In this document: in pieces, positions 32,230 to 41,881 of the stretch
Layout: each line of letters starts with the position of its first letter
How positions within the stretch are numbered: position 1 is the first letter of the stretch
NCBI GenBank assembly: GCA_028345515.1
Contig: JAOMDP010000002.1
Span: 65,180-129,179 of the forward strand
Reading direction: 5' to 3'
DNA from: Nitrospinota bacterium
GTDB lineage: Bacteria; Nitrospinota; Nitrospinia; Nitrospinales; VA-1
DNA: 64,000 nucleotides
Program-made: the position numbers and the translations under genes
Notes under the pieces: generated by a model
What the model was told of the DNA's origin: nothing
The model's input: the letters and a program-made list of their open reading frames with translations, nothing else
Database searches by the model: none

Positions 32230-32995
32230 ACTTCAATAACATCCAACCCGCCAATCCTTTTTGACCGTTTAATTCGCGGTTCGAACCATTCCACACTGCT
32301 ACCGCCATTAAAACAGATTGCCGAAACTGAACGTCATTGGGATCGTTATTGACTAGATCACGTTTAAATACTAAACGCCACTTCCCTTTTTTCCATAGCC
32401 CTGTCCCTTTAGCATTTTGCAAGCTTTGGTAAGTTAATGTACTGTATCCCTCTGCATTTAAATCTTCAACGGTTTGGTAAGCTATTTCGTTTTTTTGTTT
32501 GACCCCCGGTTGCCCCTTTTCACCACCAATGGATTTCCATTGCCAGATATTTACTGGAATTCCGTTTTCCCCCATGGTTAAGGAGGGCGGTTCTTTTTTA
32601 GACTGGACAGGAAACATGATAGCCGCACGATCTACATACAAAGAGGAATGCTCAAAAGTACCATCTCGAGAATCGTCTTTCCATTCGAGCATTACCACTA
32701 ACTCCTCACCATTTTTAACAGCACGTATCGCTACTTGTTGGGTAGATGGATTAGGCCATTTGGGATTGGTGATCATTTGCGGACCTAATTCAATTTTAAT
32801 AGGAGCAGGTGACTGTTCACCATTCCAAAATGGATCAAAAGGGTTATCCGGCAAACTCCCTTCATAATTGGCAACATTAATTATTGGTCCACAACTACCT
32901 TCTTCTATACAATCTTCGACATTTGAAGAACAACTCCAATTACCACATAAAAGTACAAGGCATAGAAACAGATGATGAGGAAAACGAACACACAT
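32222..32995 (-). CDS. Secreted EB_dh (ethylbenzene-dehydrogenase gamma / NxrC-like) heme-binding domain protein
   Basis: Signal peptide, then DPFWNGEQSPAPIKIELGPQ..., VAIRAVKNGEELVVMLEWKD, DRAAIMFPVQ, NIWQWKS, GKWRLVFKRDL, AVAVWNGSNRELNGQKGLAGW. This block order is as I recall for the EB_dh family. Confidence 0.65.
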   Translation of the reverse strand: MCVRFPHHLFLCLVLLCGNWSCSSNVEDCIEEGSCGPIINVANYEGSLPDNPFDPFWNGEQSPAPIKIELGPQMITNPKWPNPSTQQVAIRAVKNGEELVVMLEWKDDSRDGTFEHSSLYVDRAAIMFPVQSKKEPPSLTMGENGIPVNIWQWKSIGGEKGQPGVKQKNEIAYQTVEDLNAEGYSTLTYQSLQNAKGTGLWKKGKWRLVFKRDLVNNDPNDVQFRQSVLMAVAVWNGSNRELNGQKGLAGWMLLKFS

Positions 32996-33009
32996 ATTAA
33001 TTACGGAAA

Positions 33010-34320
33010 TTAGAATTGAAAAATCAATCCCTCAAGCTGGGATTTTAATTCTGAAGTATAGGGGCCCACTAAAATAAAATTGAGTTTTTTCGAATCAAAG
33101 ACCTTTTTAGCTACCGCCAACATTTTTTCAGCGGTTATAGATTCAATAAATATTCTTTCTTCCTCCAAAGACATTTCTCTCGAATAAAGATGAGGAAATG
33201 CATAACGCACCACCTGCTTATATGGGTCATCTAATTCTGAGTCCAGATCGAAAAAATATCTCTTTTTAATATGAGCAAGTTCTTTCGCGGTCGGCCCTTC
33301 CTTGCAAAAATTTTTTATTTCCTTCAGTAGAATCTCGGTGACCTCCACTACCTTTTCCTGTCTCACTGTAACGTCAAAATCGATAGTTCCAAGGTCTGAC
33401 ATGCTAGTGGCTCGACATTCCACAGAATAAACTAATCCCAACTCTTCTCTAAGAATCCGTTGCAGCCTTGAAGTAAATCCATCATCAAAAACACGACTAA
33501 TCAAAGCCAAAACAAAAAATTCAGGATCGTTATAGGAAAAAGTACGGAAACAAATCTGTAATTCAATCTGGCTGTCTGAATCTTTCTGGAAATGAAGTCC
33601 TGGCTTATCCTGTTTTTCATCAATACTTCCAATAAAATGATTTTTAGAAAAAGGTTCAAATCCGTTTTTCAGGCTTGAAAAATATTTATGACTAAGTTCC
33701 AAGGTTTGCGAATGTAAAACCGGACCCCCAAATGCCAAAACCATATTGCCGGCTATGTAATGCTTTTCAAAGTATTCCCTTATCATTTCTGTTGTAATAG
33801 TCTTGATCGTTTTTTCCGTGCCAATGGTCGGCCATGCCATCGGTGTATCCGGATATAACAATCTGCAAGCCTGATTGTTTATATCAACGTTTATCCCTTC
33901 TTCATTGAGTTCTTCAAAATACTCTTCAAGGATTATTCCACGTTCCAGTTCAATTTCCGGAAAAGTCGGAGAAGAAAAAAATTCCGCAAATAATTCTAAT
34001 CCTTTTTCTAATTGCGAAATATGAGGGCTAAAACCATACTGTGTATATTCTCCTAATGTGGAAGCCCTTAAATCATGCCCAATATTTTCAAACTCCATAT
34101 TTAATGCAATAGAATTAGGGTATTTTCGGTTGCCACGAAACATCATGTGTTCTAGAAAATGTGAAACCCCATTATTCTGAAGACTCTCGTACCGCAATCC
34201 CGCACGCACAAACATTGCAACCTCCATGGTGTGAATATGCGGCATTTCCACAGTAACTACCGTCAAACCGTTGGGCAAGGTGTCACTAAAATATTTTAAA
34301 GCAAATTCTTTAACTGTCAT
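33010..34320 (-). CDS. M16-family zinc peptidase (pitrilysin/insulinase-like)
   Basis: Inverted zinc motif HFLEHMMF, downstream E of the REVILEE-type region (GIILEE). 436 aa. Confidence 0.9.
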   Translation of the reverse strand: MTVKEFALKYFSDTLPNGLTVVTVEMPHIHTMEVAMFVRAGLRYESLQNNGVSHFLEHMMFRGNRKYPNSIALNMEFENIGHDLRASTLGEYTQYGFSPHISQLEKGLELFAEFFSSPTFPEIELERGIILEEYFEELNEEGINVDINNQACRLLYPDTPMAWPTIGTEKTIKTITTEMIREYFEKHYIAGNMVLAFGGPVLHSQTLELSHKYFSSLKNGFEPFSKNHFIGSIDEKQDKPGLHFQKDSDSQIELQICFRTFSYNDPEFFVLALISRVFDDGFTSRLQRILREELGLVYSVECRATSMSDLGTIDFDVTVRQEKVVEVTEILLKEIKNFCKEGPTAKELAHIKKRYFFDLDSELDDPYKQVVRYAFPHLYSREMSLEEERIFIESITAEKMLAVAKKVFDSKKLNFILVGPYTSELKSQLEGLIFQF

Positions 34321-34386
34321 ATTTACTTAGGTATCATACAAACCCTATCAGGGTCGAGTTTACTAATCCGAGTTGAACTATTTATT

Positions 34387-35040
34387 ATGTCACAAACCAA
34401 TCAAAAAGATGAGTCTGGAAAATGGTCTGAAAATGACTACCAAATTGGCTTAAACTTTATCAGAAATAATGAAGACCAAGCCAATTCAGATACTATTTTA
34501 TATACGGAAAATGACGTTTCGGTTATATCACCAAGCAGACTACCTATCTTTGGAGCAGGATTCTATGGTATTTTCATGCTCGCTCCAATAGTTCTTTTCA
34601 TGCTTATGATCAGCTACCTGATAATTATTGTCCTCACCGCAAATTCTTTAGAAACTCAATCTCAGTTACTTTTTTCTTCAGTATGCTTGTTTTTTCTATG
34701 GGCCCTGACTAAAATCTTAAAATTGATCATGTCAAAACACGAACTGTTTCCCAGAAAATATTTTTCAACTTTGGGGCCACGGGGTGTGGCGGGTCATTAC
34801 TCAAAATTACATTTTCCTTTCCATTCGACAGTAACCATTCGAAATGAAGAAATTGAATCTATTCGGTCTTATTCCACTTTTTTTCTTCCAGGATTTATTT
34901 TAGGTATCTTTAAAGTCTATATCGTTGCAATTTATTCTAAAGAGGGAAAAATATTAAAAATCCCATTCTACGCCTCAGCGAAAGAAGCGTCTGCTATTTC
35001 AGATAAAATCTTACAGTTAATTAACCCAAAACCTCTCTAA
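34387..35040 (+). CDS. Hypothetical membrane protein
   Basis: 217 aa with two to three predicted TM helices. No family recognised. Confidence 0.5.
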   Translation: MSQTNQKDESGKWSENDYQIGLNFIRNNEDQANSDTILYTENDVSVISPSRLPIFGAGFYGIFMLAPIVLFMLMISYLIIIVLTANSLETQSQLLFSSVCLFFLWALTKILKLIMSKHELFPRKYFSTLGPRGVAGHYSKLHFPFHSTVTIRNEEIESIRSYSTFFLPGFILGIFKVYIVAIYSKEGKILKIPFYASAKEASAISDKILQLINPKPL

Positions 35041-35111
35041 TAATACAAGTAGTTTCAAAATTTTTTCGTCCCAGTAAAGCTAGAATGACTTTTTAAGAGC
35101 GAGGCCTAAGC

Positions 35112-38100
35112 TTATTCAAACAAAATTGCGTCTTCACCTAACAAAGATTGAATTTGCTCAATAACCTCATCGGAGGGTTGGATGCGAAGGTCTTCAGAAA
35201 CGGTGACCACTCGCTCCTTATTGTCTGGAGAGATGAAATGTAACCTGGTATCGTTATTCCCTTTGTTAGCCGCCAAGATTTCTTTAACAGCATATAACGT
35301 TTCTTTTTCCAGGCCTAAGGTCCGGAAGTGGATCATCACCCTACCCTGAAATCTCTGCTTCGCCTGAATCAATGGAAATACCTCGCTAGCAATTACTTTT
35401 GCCATATTACCTTCGGAGTCCACCTGCCCCTTCACTAGAATAGGTTCTTCGGTAAGTAAAAGGGGTTCTACCTTGGCATAAATTTCAGGCCACAAAATCA
35501 CTTCAATGGATCCATGCAAATCTTCCAGCGTAATAATACCCATTTTATCGCCCTTACGGGTTGTTTTTGGAAGATGCTTGATGGGGATACCGGCAATACT
35601 AACCGCCTTATTGTTTCCAAATTCAGCAACGGATGCGGATGTCGCATCGGTAAACCGGGCAAGATCTTTTTGAAATCGATCAAGAGGATGTCCTGTTATA
35701 TAAAAGCCTATACTTTCTTTTTCAAATTTTAACCGGTCCATTTCATCCCATTCATTGACATGACTTCCATTATCTTTTTCGGAAACTGAATCTTCGGCGA
35801 AAGTATCAAACATACTTGACTGACCCAGTTGTTTATCGCGTTGTTTAGCTTGCCCCTGCTCCATAGATGCTTGAAGATCTTTTAACATTTTTGCTCGATT
35901 CTCCCCAAGTGAATCACAAGCACCGCTTTTTATTAAACTTTCAAAAACACGTTTGTTTGCCAATTGAAGGTCTACACTTTCACACAACTCGGTCAAAGAT
36001 TTAAAGTTTCCCAATCCTTGTCGAGCTTCAATAATATTATCGATGGCTTTAGTTCCAACATTTTTAATAGCACCCAAGCCAAACACGAGTTTATTATTCG
36101 AAACTGAAAAATCACGATCACTTAAATTTACATCAGGGGGCTGTACGGAAATTTTCATCTCGCGGCAATCATGGATATAACGTAGCACCTTATCTGTGTT
36201 ATCCATATCGCTCGTAATAAGGGCACCAAAAAACTCCAATGGATAATGTGCCTTAAGATAAGCGGTTTGATAAGAAACCTGTGCATAAGCTGCACTATGA
36301 GATTTATTAAATCCATAGCCTGCAAATTTTTCCATCAGGTCAAAAATTTTCTGCGCTTTTTTAACAGCAATTTTATTAACCTGAGCTCCTTCCATAAATT
36401 TTTCGCGTTGCGCGGCCATCTCTTCGGGTTTCTTCTTACCCATTGCTCGACGCAATAGATCTGCATCCCCTAAGCTGAAACCGGCCAAAACACTGGCTAT
36501 CTTCATCACCTGTTCCTGATAAAGGATTACCCCTTGTGTTTCTTTGAGGATATTCTCCAATTGTGGCAGATCAAATTTCAACTCCATCGTTCCATGCTTA
36601 CGCTTGACAAAATCATCCACCATTCCACTTTCTAATGGACCGGGTCGGTACATAGCAAGCAAAGCGATAATATCTTCGAAGCAATCTGGCTTTAGTTTTT
36701 TCAAAAGGTCACGCATTCCCGAGCTTTCCAATTGAAAAACACCCAAGGTTCTGGAAGCGCATAAAAGCTTAAACGTGGCTGGATCATTCAAAGGAATCAT
36801 GCTGATATCCAGATCTTTATCCTGGGACTGTTTAATGAGCTTCAACGCATTATGAATTACTGTCAATGTTCGAAGCCCAAGAAAATCCATTTTGAGCAGT
36901 CCCAGCTTTTCAATACTACCCATTGCGTACTGCGTAACTACTTCGTCATTACCGCCTTTATAAAGAGGGCAAAACTCCGTCAAGGCCTTCGAAGAAATAA
37001 CAACTCCAGCAGCATGCGTTGAACAATGTCTTTGTAATCCTTCCAGGCTCTTAGCAATATCCAGCAGTTCCGCGACTTTAATATTTTCTTTACGAATTTT
37101 AGCGAATTGTTTTTCTTCCTTGAAGGCATCGTCCAAAGTGATATTCAGTTTATTCGGAACCAGTTTTGCAAGTTTATCTACCTCACCATAAGACATATCG
37201 AGAACACGGCCCACGTCACGGATCACTCCTTTGGCGTTCATACTGCCAAAGGTGATGATCTGAGTTACGTTTTGGTTGCCACCATATTTTTCCGTTACAT
37301 ATTTGATAACGTCATCGCGACCATCCATACAGAAATCAATATCAATATCGGGCATACTCACCCGTTCTGGATTCAAAAAACGTTCAAACAGCAAATCGTA
37401 TTGCATCGGATCAATATCCGTGATTTTCAAGGCGTAAGCCGCAACGCTGCCCGCCGCTGAACCCCGACCCGGGCCTACAGGAATACCCTTTTCTTTCGCA
37501 TGCTTGATAAAGTCCCAAACAATTAGAAAGTAGCCTGGATATCCCATTCTTTGGATAATTCCCAACTCTTCTTCCAGACGTTTTTCATAGATGGATCGGT
37601 CAAAGTCGATTCCCAGTCGGTCCAATTCCACAAACCGGTCTTTAAGTCCCTTACGCGATATCTCTTCCAGATAGGTTTCCAGAGTATAAGATTCCGGCAC
37701 CGGGTAATCGGGCAAATTGAGTTTGTCGAACTCCAACTCCAGCTCACAACGTTCCGCAATTTTTAGTGTATTTGTAATGGCTTCCGGTATTTCCCTGAAT
37801 AACTCAGTCATCTCTTCAGGGGATTTGAAATAAAATTCAGGCGCAGGATATTGCATACGATAAGGATCGCTGATCGTTTTTCCCGTCTGCAAACAAAGAA
37901 GGATTTCATGGGCACGAAAATCTTCCTTATTAAGATAATGGCAGTTATTAGTCGCAACGATCGGGATATCAAGTTTTTTTCCTATGCCGGTAATTTCCTT
38001 GTTAATCCGGTCCTGATTTTCCAGCCCGTGATTTTGCAATTCGAGGTAAAAATTTTCTGGTCCCATAATTTCGGCATATTTAGCCGCAACCTTAGTCGCA

Positions 38101-38567
38101 CGCGGTACATTTTCGCGATTAACATTATGCGCAACCTCGCCACGAATACAGGAACTCAAGGCAATCAATCCTTCAGAGTGCTCCGCGAGCAGTTCCTTAT
38201 CAATACGGGGTTTGTAGTAAAATCCTTCCAGGTACCCCAGAGTGATCAGGCGCAACAGGTTCTTGTATCCGGTTTCATTTTTTGAGAGGAGAATCAGATG
38301 ATAAGAGGCATCCCGCAGACTATCTTTTGATTTTTTTTCATGACGACTCTCCGGGGCAACATACACCTCGCAACCCAGAATGGGTTTAATACCATGTTTT
38401 TTAGCGGTGTTGTAAAACTCAACGGCCCCAAACATATTACCGTGATCGGTCATGGCAACAGCAGGCATACCAAACTCAGCGGCCCTTTTGATCAACGGCT
38501 CATGACGAATGGAAGAGTCCAGTAAACTGTAGGAAGTATGAAGATGCAGGTGAACAAAATTGCTCAT
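35112..38567 (-). CDS. dnaE: DNA polymerase III alpha subunit
   Basis: PHP domain FVHLHLHTSYSLLDS, palm/fingers motifs (GPGRGSAAGS, PDIDIDF), OB-fold C-terminus. Start at the ATG at 38567 (the track's TTG is at 38591). Confidence 0.95.
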   Translation of the reverse strand: MSNFVHLHLHTSYSLLDSSIRHEPLIKRAAEFGMPAVAMTDHGNMFGAVEFYNTAKKHGIKPILGCEVYVAPESRHEKKSKDSLRDASYHLILLSKNETGYKNLLRLITLGYLEGFYYKPRIDKELLAEHSEGLIALSSCIRGEVAHNVNRENVPRATKVAAKYAEIMGPENFYLELQNHGLENQDRINKEITGIGKKLDIPIVATNNCHYLNKEDFRAHEILLCLQTGKTISDPYRMQYPAPEFYFKSPEEMTELFREIPEAITNTLKIAERCELELEFDKLNLPDYPVPESYTLETYLEEISRKGLKDRFVELDRLGIDFDRSIYEKRLEEELGIIQRMGYPGYFLIVWDFIKHAKEKGIPVGPGRGSAAGSVAAYALKITDIDPMQYDLLFERFLNPERVSMPDIDIDFCMDGRDDVIKYVTEKYGGNQNVTQIITFGSMNAKGVIRDVGRVLDMSYGEVDKLAKLVPNKLNITLDDAFKEEKQFAKIRKENIKVAELLDIAKSLEGLQRHCSTHAAGVVISSKALTEFCPLYKGGNDEVVTQYAMGSIEKLGLLKMDFLGLRTLTVIHNALKLIKQSQDKDLDISMIPLNDPATFKLLCASRTLGVFQLESSGMRDLLKKLKPDCFEDIIALLAMYRPGPLESGMVDDFVKRKHGTMELKFDLPQLENILKETQGVILYQEQVMKIASVLAGFSLGDADLLRRAMGKKKPEEMAAQREKFMEGAQVNKIAVKKAQKIFDLMEKFAGYGFNKSHSAAYAQVSYQTAYLKAHYPLEFFGALITSDMDNTDKVLRYIHDCREMKISVQPPDVNLSDRDFSVSNNKLVFGLGAIKNVGTKAIDNIIEARQGLGNFKSLTELCESVDLQLANKRVFESLIKSGACDSLGENRAKMLKDLQASMEQGQAKQRDKQLGQSSMFDTFAEDSVSEKDNGSHVNEWDEMDRLKFEKESIGFYITGHPLDRFQKDLARFTDATSASVAEFGNNKAVSIAGIPIKHLPKTTRKGDKMGIITLEDLHGSIEVILWPEIYAKVEPLLLTEEPILVKGQVDSEGNMAKVIASEVFPLIQAKQRFQGRVMIHFRTLGLEKETLYAVKEILAANKGNNDTRLHFISPDNKERVVTVSEDLRIQPSDEVIEQIQSLLGEDAILFE

Positions 38568-38934
38568 AATGCAACTATTTAGCAGGTTCAATTGCCTAAA
38601 TCAACTGCCTCTAATAACTGCCAATAAATCAATTAACCAAATAGGGATGTTAAATACTTAAGTGAGATAGATGAACGGGAAACTATACCTGAGTAGGGAT
38701 AGTTGATTATCGTTTACCAACAACGACAACTCAGATACCCAACAAAAAAATTAAATAAAATACTTTAATGTAAAGTTTTACTTCCCCAAAAAAAAATTTC
38801 TATTAAATTATTTTAAACTGGTCAAAAATATGATAAAAGACGATGCAAAAGTGGAGTCATTAATAAAAGTAATTAGTTTGCTAATAATTTTCTAACTGGT
38901 TTAGTAATATAAACTTAAATTAGGAGCCAACCCC

Positions 38935-39273
38935 ATGACTGATTGCACAACGCATCCAAACCATGACCATACTCACGGTGAAAACTGTGGTCATACAAAA
39001 ATTAAGCACGAAGATCATTACGATTTTCTCCACGATGGACACTTGCATCATCCCCATGAAGACCATATTGACGAGCATGTGTTAGAAGTAAATGATGATC
39101 AACCCAACGAATGTAATAAAAAACATCTTCACGATCATACTCATGGCCCTGACTGCGAACATGAGGCTGTAACTCACGGGGATCATATAGACTATATAGT
39201 TGATGGACGCCTTCATCAACAACATGGCGATCACTGTGACGACCATGGAGCGGTAGAGGTTCTAACAAATTAG
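38935..39273 (+). CDS. Histidine-rich, internally duplicated putative metal-binding protein
   Basis: 112 aa with AGGAG RBS. Two about 42-aa repeats share the pattern HDHTHGxxCxH...DHxD(F/Y)...DGxLHxxHxDHxD(E/D)H. Confidence 0.7.
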   Translation: MTDCTTHPNHDHTHGENCGHTKIKHEDHYDFLHDGHLHHPHEDHIDEHVLEVNDDQPNECNKKHLHDHTHGPDCEHEAVTHGDHIDYIVDGRLHQQHGDHCDDHGAVEVLTN

Positions 39274-39276
39274 ACA

Positions 39277-39316
39277 AAAGCTCCCCTAGACCACTCCAAG
39301 TGGTTTAGGGGCTTTA
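39277..39316. terminator. Hairpin terminator between convergent genes
   Basis: 13-bp stem CCCCTAGACCACT/AGTGGTTTAGGGG (one G-U pair), loop CCA, extended by AAAGC/GCTTT. Lies between the His-rich gene and the channel gene. Confidence 0.6.
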
Positions 39317-39409
39317 GGTCAATCATACAGAACTAACCCCAACTCCCAGACATCGCTACCAACTCCTTACGTATTACCCAATACATCTAACATCTGTCTC
39401 TTGCTCATG

Positions 39410-40315
39410 TTATATCTTTTCTTTCAATCGCCTCTTTTCCAAATCATCTAAGAAAGAAACATGTGTTTCTAACAAGGCCATATCTTTTTTTATTCTATTG
39501 AGCAATATTTTCATATTGGCTTCGGTTGTATCTATTTTTTCAAGTTTGGGGGCTAATTTGTATTTCTCTTCTTCTTTTAGGTCTTCCATATTATTGATAA
39601 TCACACCAATAATGAGATTAAGAAACACAAAAGTGGCCAGCAAAACAAAGCTGACAAAATACAACCAACCCAAAAAAGGAAATGCCTCTGAATTTTTACA
39701 CAATTCTTCCATCCCCGAATAACCATACTGTTGGCAACCATATATCGCTGTATACATGATGTCTGTCCAATCTTCCAATGTTGCCACACGGAATAGGCTT
39801 AGTAGGGTTAAGTGAAGACTTTCAAAGTGAATAGGATCGTTTGCACGAAATAAAAATGTTCCAAGGCATGCATATATATAAAACAAGATGGACAAGAGGG
39901 CTGCAATATAACCCATTGAGGGAATACTTTTTAAAAGTGTATTTACAATTAGTTTTAGTTCTGGGACCGTGCCCACTAAACGAACAACCCTCAATACTCT
40001 TAATAACCTTAAAACAATTATAGATTGCCCATCAAATGGAAGAAAACACGCACTGACAATGATAAAGTCAAAGGTATTCCACCCGTCCTTGAAAAACTCG
40101 GAAAATCTGCCACCTAAAGCGACCATTTTGAGTAAAATTTCAAAGACAAACAGCCATAATATAATGCTGTCCATAACATTTAAAATTCTTCCATATTGAG
40201 CAGAAATCGATGGATACGAATCTAGCCCCACTACTAATCCTGATAAAAGAATTATTGCTATAAAAAATATTTGAAATTGTTTTGATTCAGTAAGAGCTTT
40301 TAGTTTCTGTTGCAT
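39410..40315 (-). CDS. Voltage-gated cation channel, BacNaV (NaChBac) family
   Basis: Six TM segments. S4 is RLLRVLRVVR, pore is FRVATLEDWTDIMY, S6 is WLYFVSFVLLATFVFLNLIIGVIINN, with a C-terminal coiled coil. ATG at 40315 has an AAGGAAA RBS (the track's TTG is at 40330). Confidence 0.9.
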   Translation of the reverse strand: MQQKLKALTESKQFQIFFIAIILLSGLVVGLDSYPSISAQYGRILNVMDSIILWLFVFEILLKMVALGGRFSEFFKDGWNTFDFIIVSACFLPFDGQSIIVLRLLRVLRVVRLVGTVPELKLIVNTLLKSIPSMGYIAALLSILFYIYACLGTFLFRANDPIHFESLHLTLLSLFRVATLEDWTDIMYTAIYGCQQYGYSGMEELCKNSEAFPFLGWLYFVSFVLLATFVFLNLIIGVIINNMEDLKEEEKYKLAPKLEKIDTTEANMKILLNRIKKDMALLETHVSFLDDLEKRRLKEKI

Positions 40316-40586
40316 AACTTTCCTTAACAAGTATTAATTAGATTTAAAATTCTATTTTTATTTAATAATTTATTACTGCAATACTCCTACCCCAAAGGGT
40401 TATAAAGCGGGGCGATACGTTCAATTTTAGGGTAGTGCAATTCGAGTGTGACTTGATCTCTACCTAAAGGCCGGGAGTTCAATGGGGATGCCCAACAAGT
40501 TCTCCGGAAAGTATAAATATTGATTGGCTTTTTGGAGAATTGAATTACCTATAATAGCTTTTTTAGGTTCTAAATAAAGATCACAT

Positions 40587-40636
40587 AAGACCAGATGTAT
40601 GAAGCCATTGGTGCTTCTTCTCTGGTCTTATTTTTT
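40587..40636. terminator. Compound hairpin with T-tract
   Basis: AAGACCAGA/TCTGGTCTT (40587-40595 / 40621-40629) encloses an inner GAAGC/GCTTC helix and is followed by ATTTTTT on the + strand. It lies 15 nt downstream of the minus-strand ald stop. Confidence 0.5.
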
Positions 40637-40650
40637 GACAATGGATAATT

Positions 40651-41760
40651 TCACAAATAAGTTTCAGGCTCAACAAATTCTTTTCCAAGCGCCTTTGCTA
40701 CAGCAGGATGGGTGACGGAACCGAGGCAGACATTGAGTCCCCCTCTCAAAGCAGGGTCATCAGACATGGCTTTTTTATAACCCTCATTAGCTAGTTTTAA
40801 CGCGTAGGGAAAGGTAGCATTGGTGAGCGCGAATGTAGATGTACGTGCCAATGCCCCGGGCATATTGGCAACACAATAATGAATAACACCTTCCACTTCA
40901 AAAATCGGATCACTGTGTGTGGTGGGACGTGACGTTTCCAGCATTCCCCCTTGATCAATTCCCACATCGACAATCACCGATCCCTTTTGCATTTCTTTCA
41001 GCATATCGCGAGTGATTAAACGCGGTGCCCGCGCGCCAGGAATTAGAACAGCGCCAACAACCAGATCTGCCGTGCGCAAGGATTCGATTAGGTTGAATTT
41101 ATTCGACATCAAGGTTTTAAGTCGGCTGCCGTGAATGTCATCGAGATACCGCAATCTTGGCAAACTCACATCAAGCAAAGTTACCGATGCACCTGTCCCG
41201 ATAGCCATTTTTGCGGCATTGGCACCCACGATACCGCCGCCAACGATAACCACATGTCCCGGGTCAACACCGGGTACACCACCCAGCAAAATACCTCGTC
41301 CTCCATTTTCTCTCTCCAGGTATTTTGCACCTTCATGAACCGCCATTCTTCCGGCCACTTCACTCATGGGAATGAGTAGGGGTAAAGATTTATCTTTCAG
41401 TTGCACCGTTTCGTAGGCAATACCTACAATTTTTCTATCGAGCAAAGCTTGCGTCAGCTCTGGCGCGGGAGCAAGATGCAAGTAGGTGTATAAGATTTGT
41501 CCTTCACGTAATAAGGAATACTCCTGGGCAATGGGCTCCTTAACTTTCACAATCATTTCAGCTTTGGAAAATAGTTCGTCTCTGGGAACAACTTCAGCTC
41601 CCTGATTTAAGTAATCTTTATCAAGAATTCCACTTCCCTCTCCCGCCTTGTTTTCTACAAGTACTTGATGTCCATTACCCACCAGATCATGCACACCTGC
41701 CGGGGTTATGGAAACTCTATATTCATCGGGTTTAATCTCTTTTGGGATTCCTACAATCAT
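40651..41760 (-). CDS. ald: Alanine dehydrogenase
   Basis: [37 protein letters not shown] Rossmann motif. 369 aa. Confidence 0.95.
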   Translation of the reverse strand: MIVGIPKEIKPDEYRVSITPAGVHDLVGNGHQVLVENKAGEGSGILDKDYLNQGAEVVPRDELFSKAEMIVKVKEPIAQEYSLLREGQILYTYLHLAPAPELTQALLDRKIVGIAYETVQLKDKSLPLLIPMSEVAGRMAVHEGAKYLERENGGRGILLGGVPGVDPGHVVIVGGGIVGANAAKMAIGTGASVTLLDVSLPRLRYLDDIHGSRLKTLMSNKFNLIESLRTADLVVGAVLIPGARAPRLITRDMLKEMQKGSVIVDVGIDQGGMLETSRPTTHSDPIFEVEGVIHYCVANMPGALARTSTFALTNATFPYALKLANEGYKKAMSDDPALRGGLNVCLGSVTHPAVAKALGKEFVEPETYL

Positions 41761-41881
41761 TTTAACCTCTTAAAAATTTTCAGATTTCTCAATCTATTAT
41801 AAGCGAATGCCCCATTTGATCTTTCATATAAAATCCATTACAGTGGTTCATATAAAACAATAACATTTTGAGTATTCTTTA

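Noticed and set aside
35498-38525. Numerous 60-144-aa ORFs on both strands within 35.5-38.5 kb
   Set aside because: All are embedded in dnaE, either out of frame or antisense. They are typical long-gene shadow ORFs.
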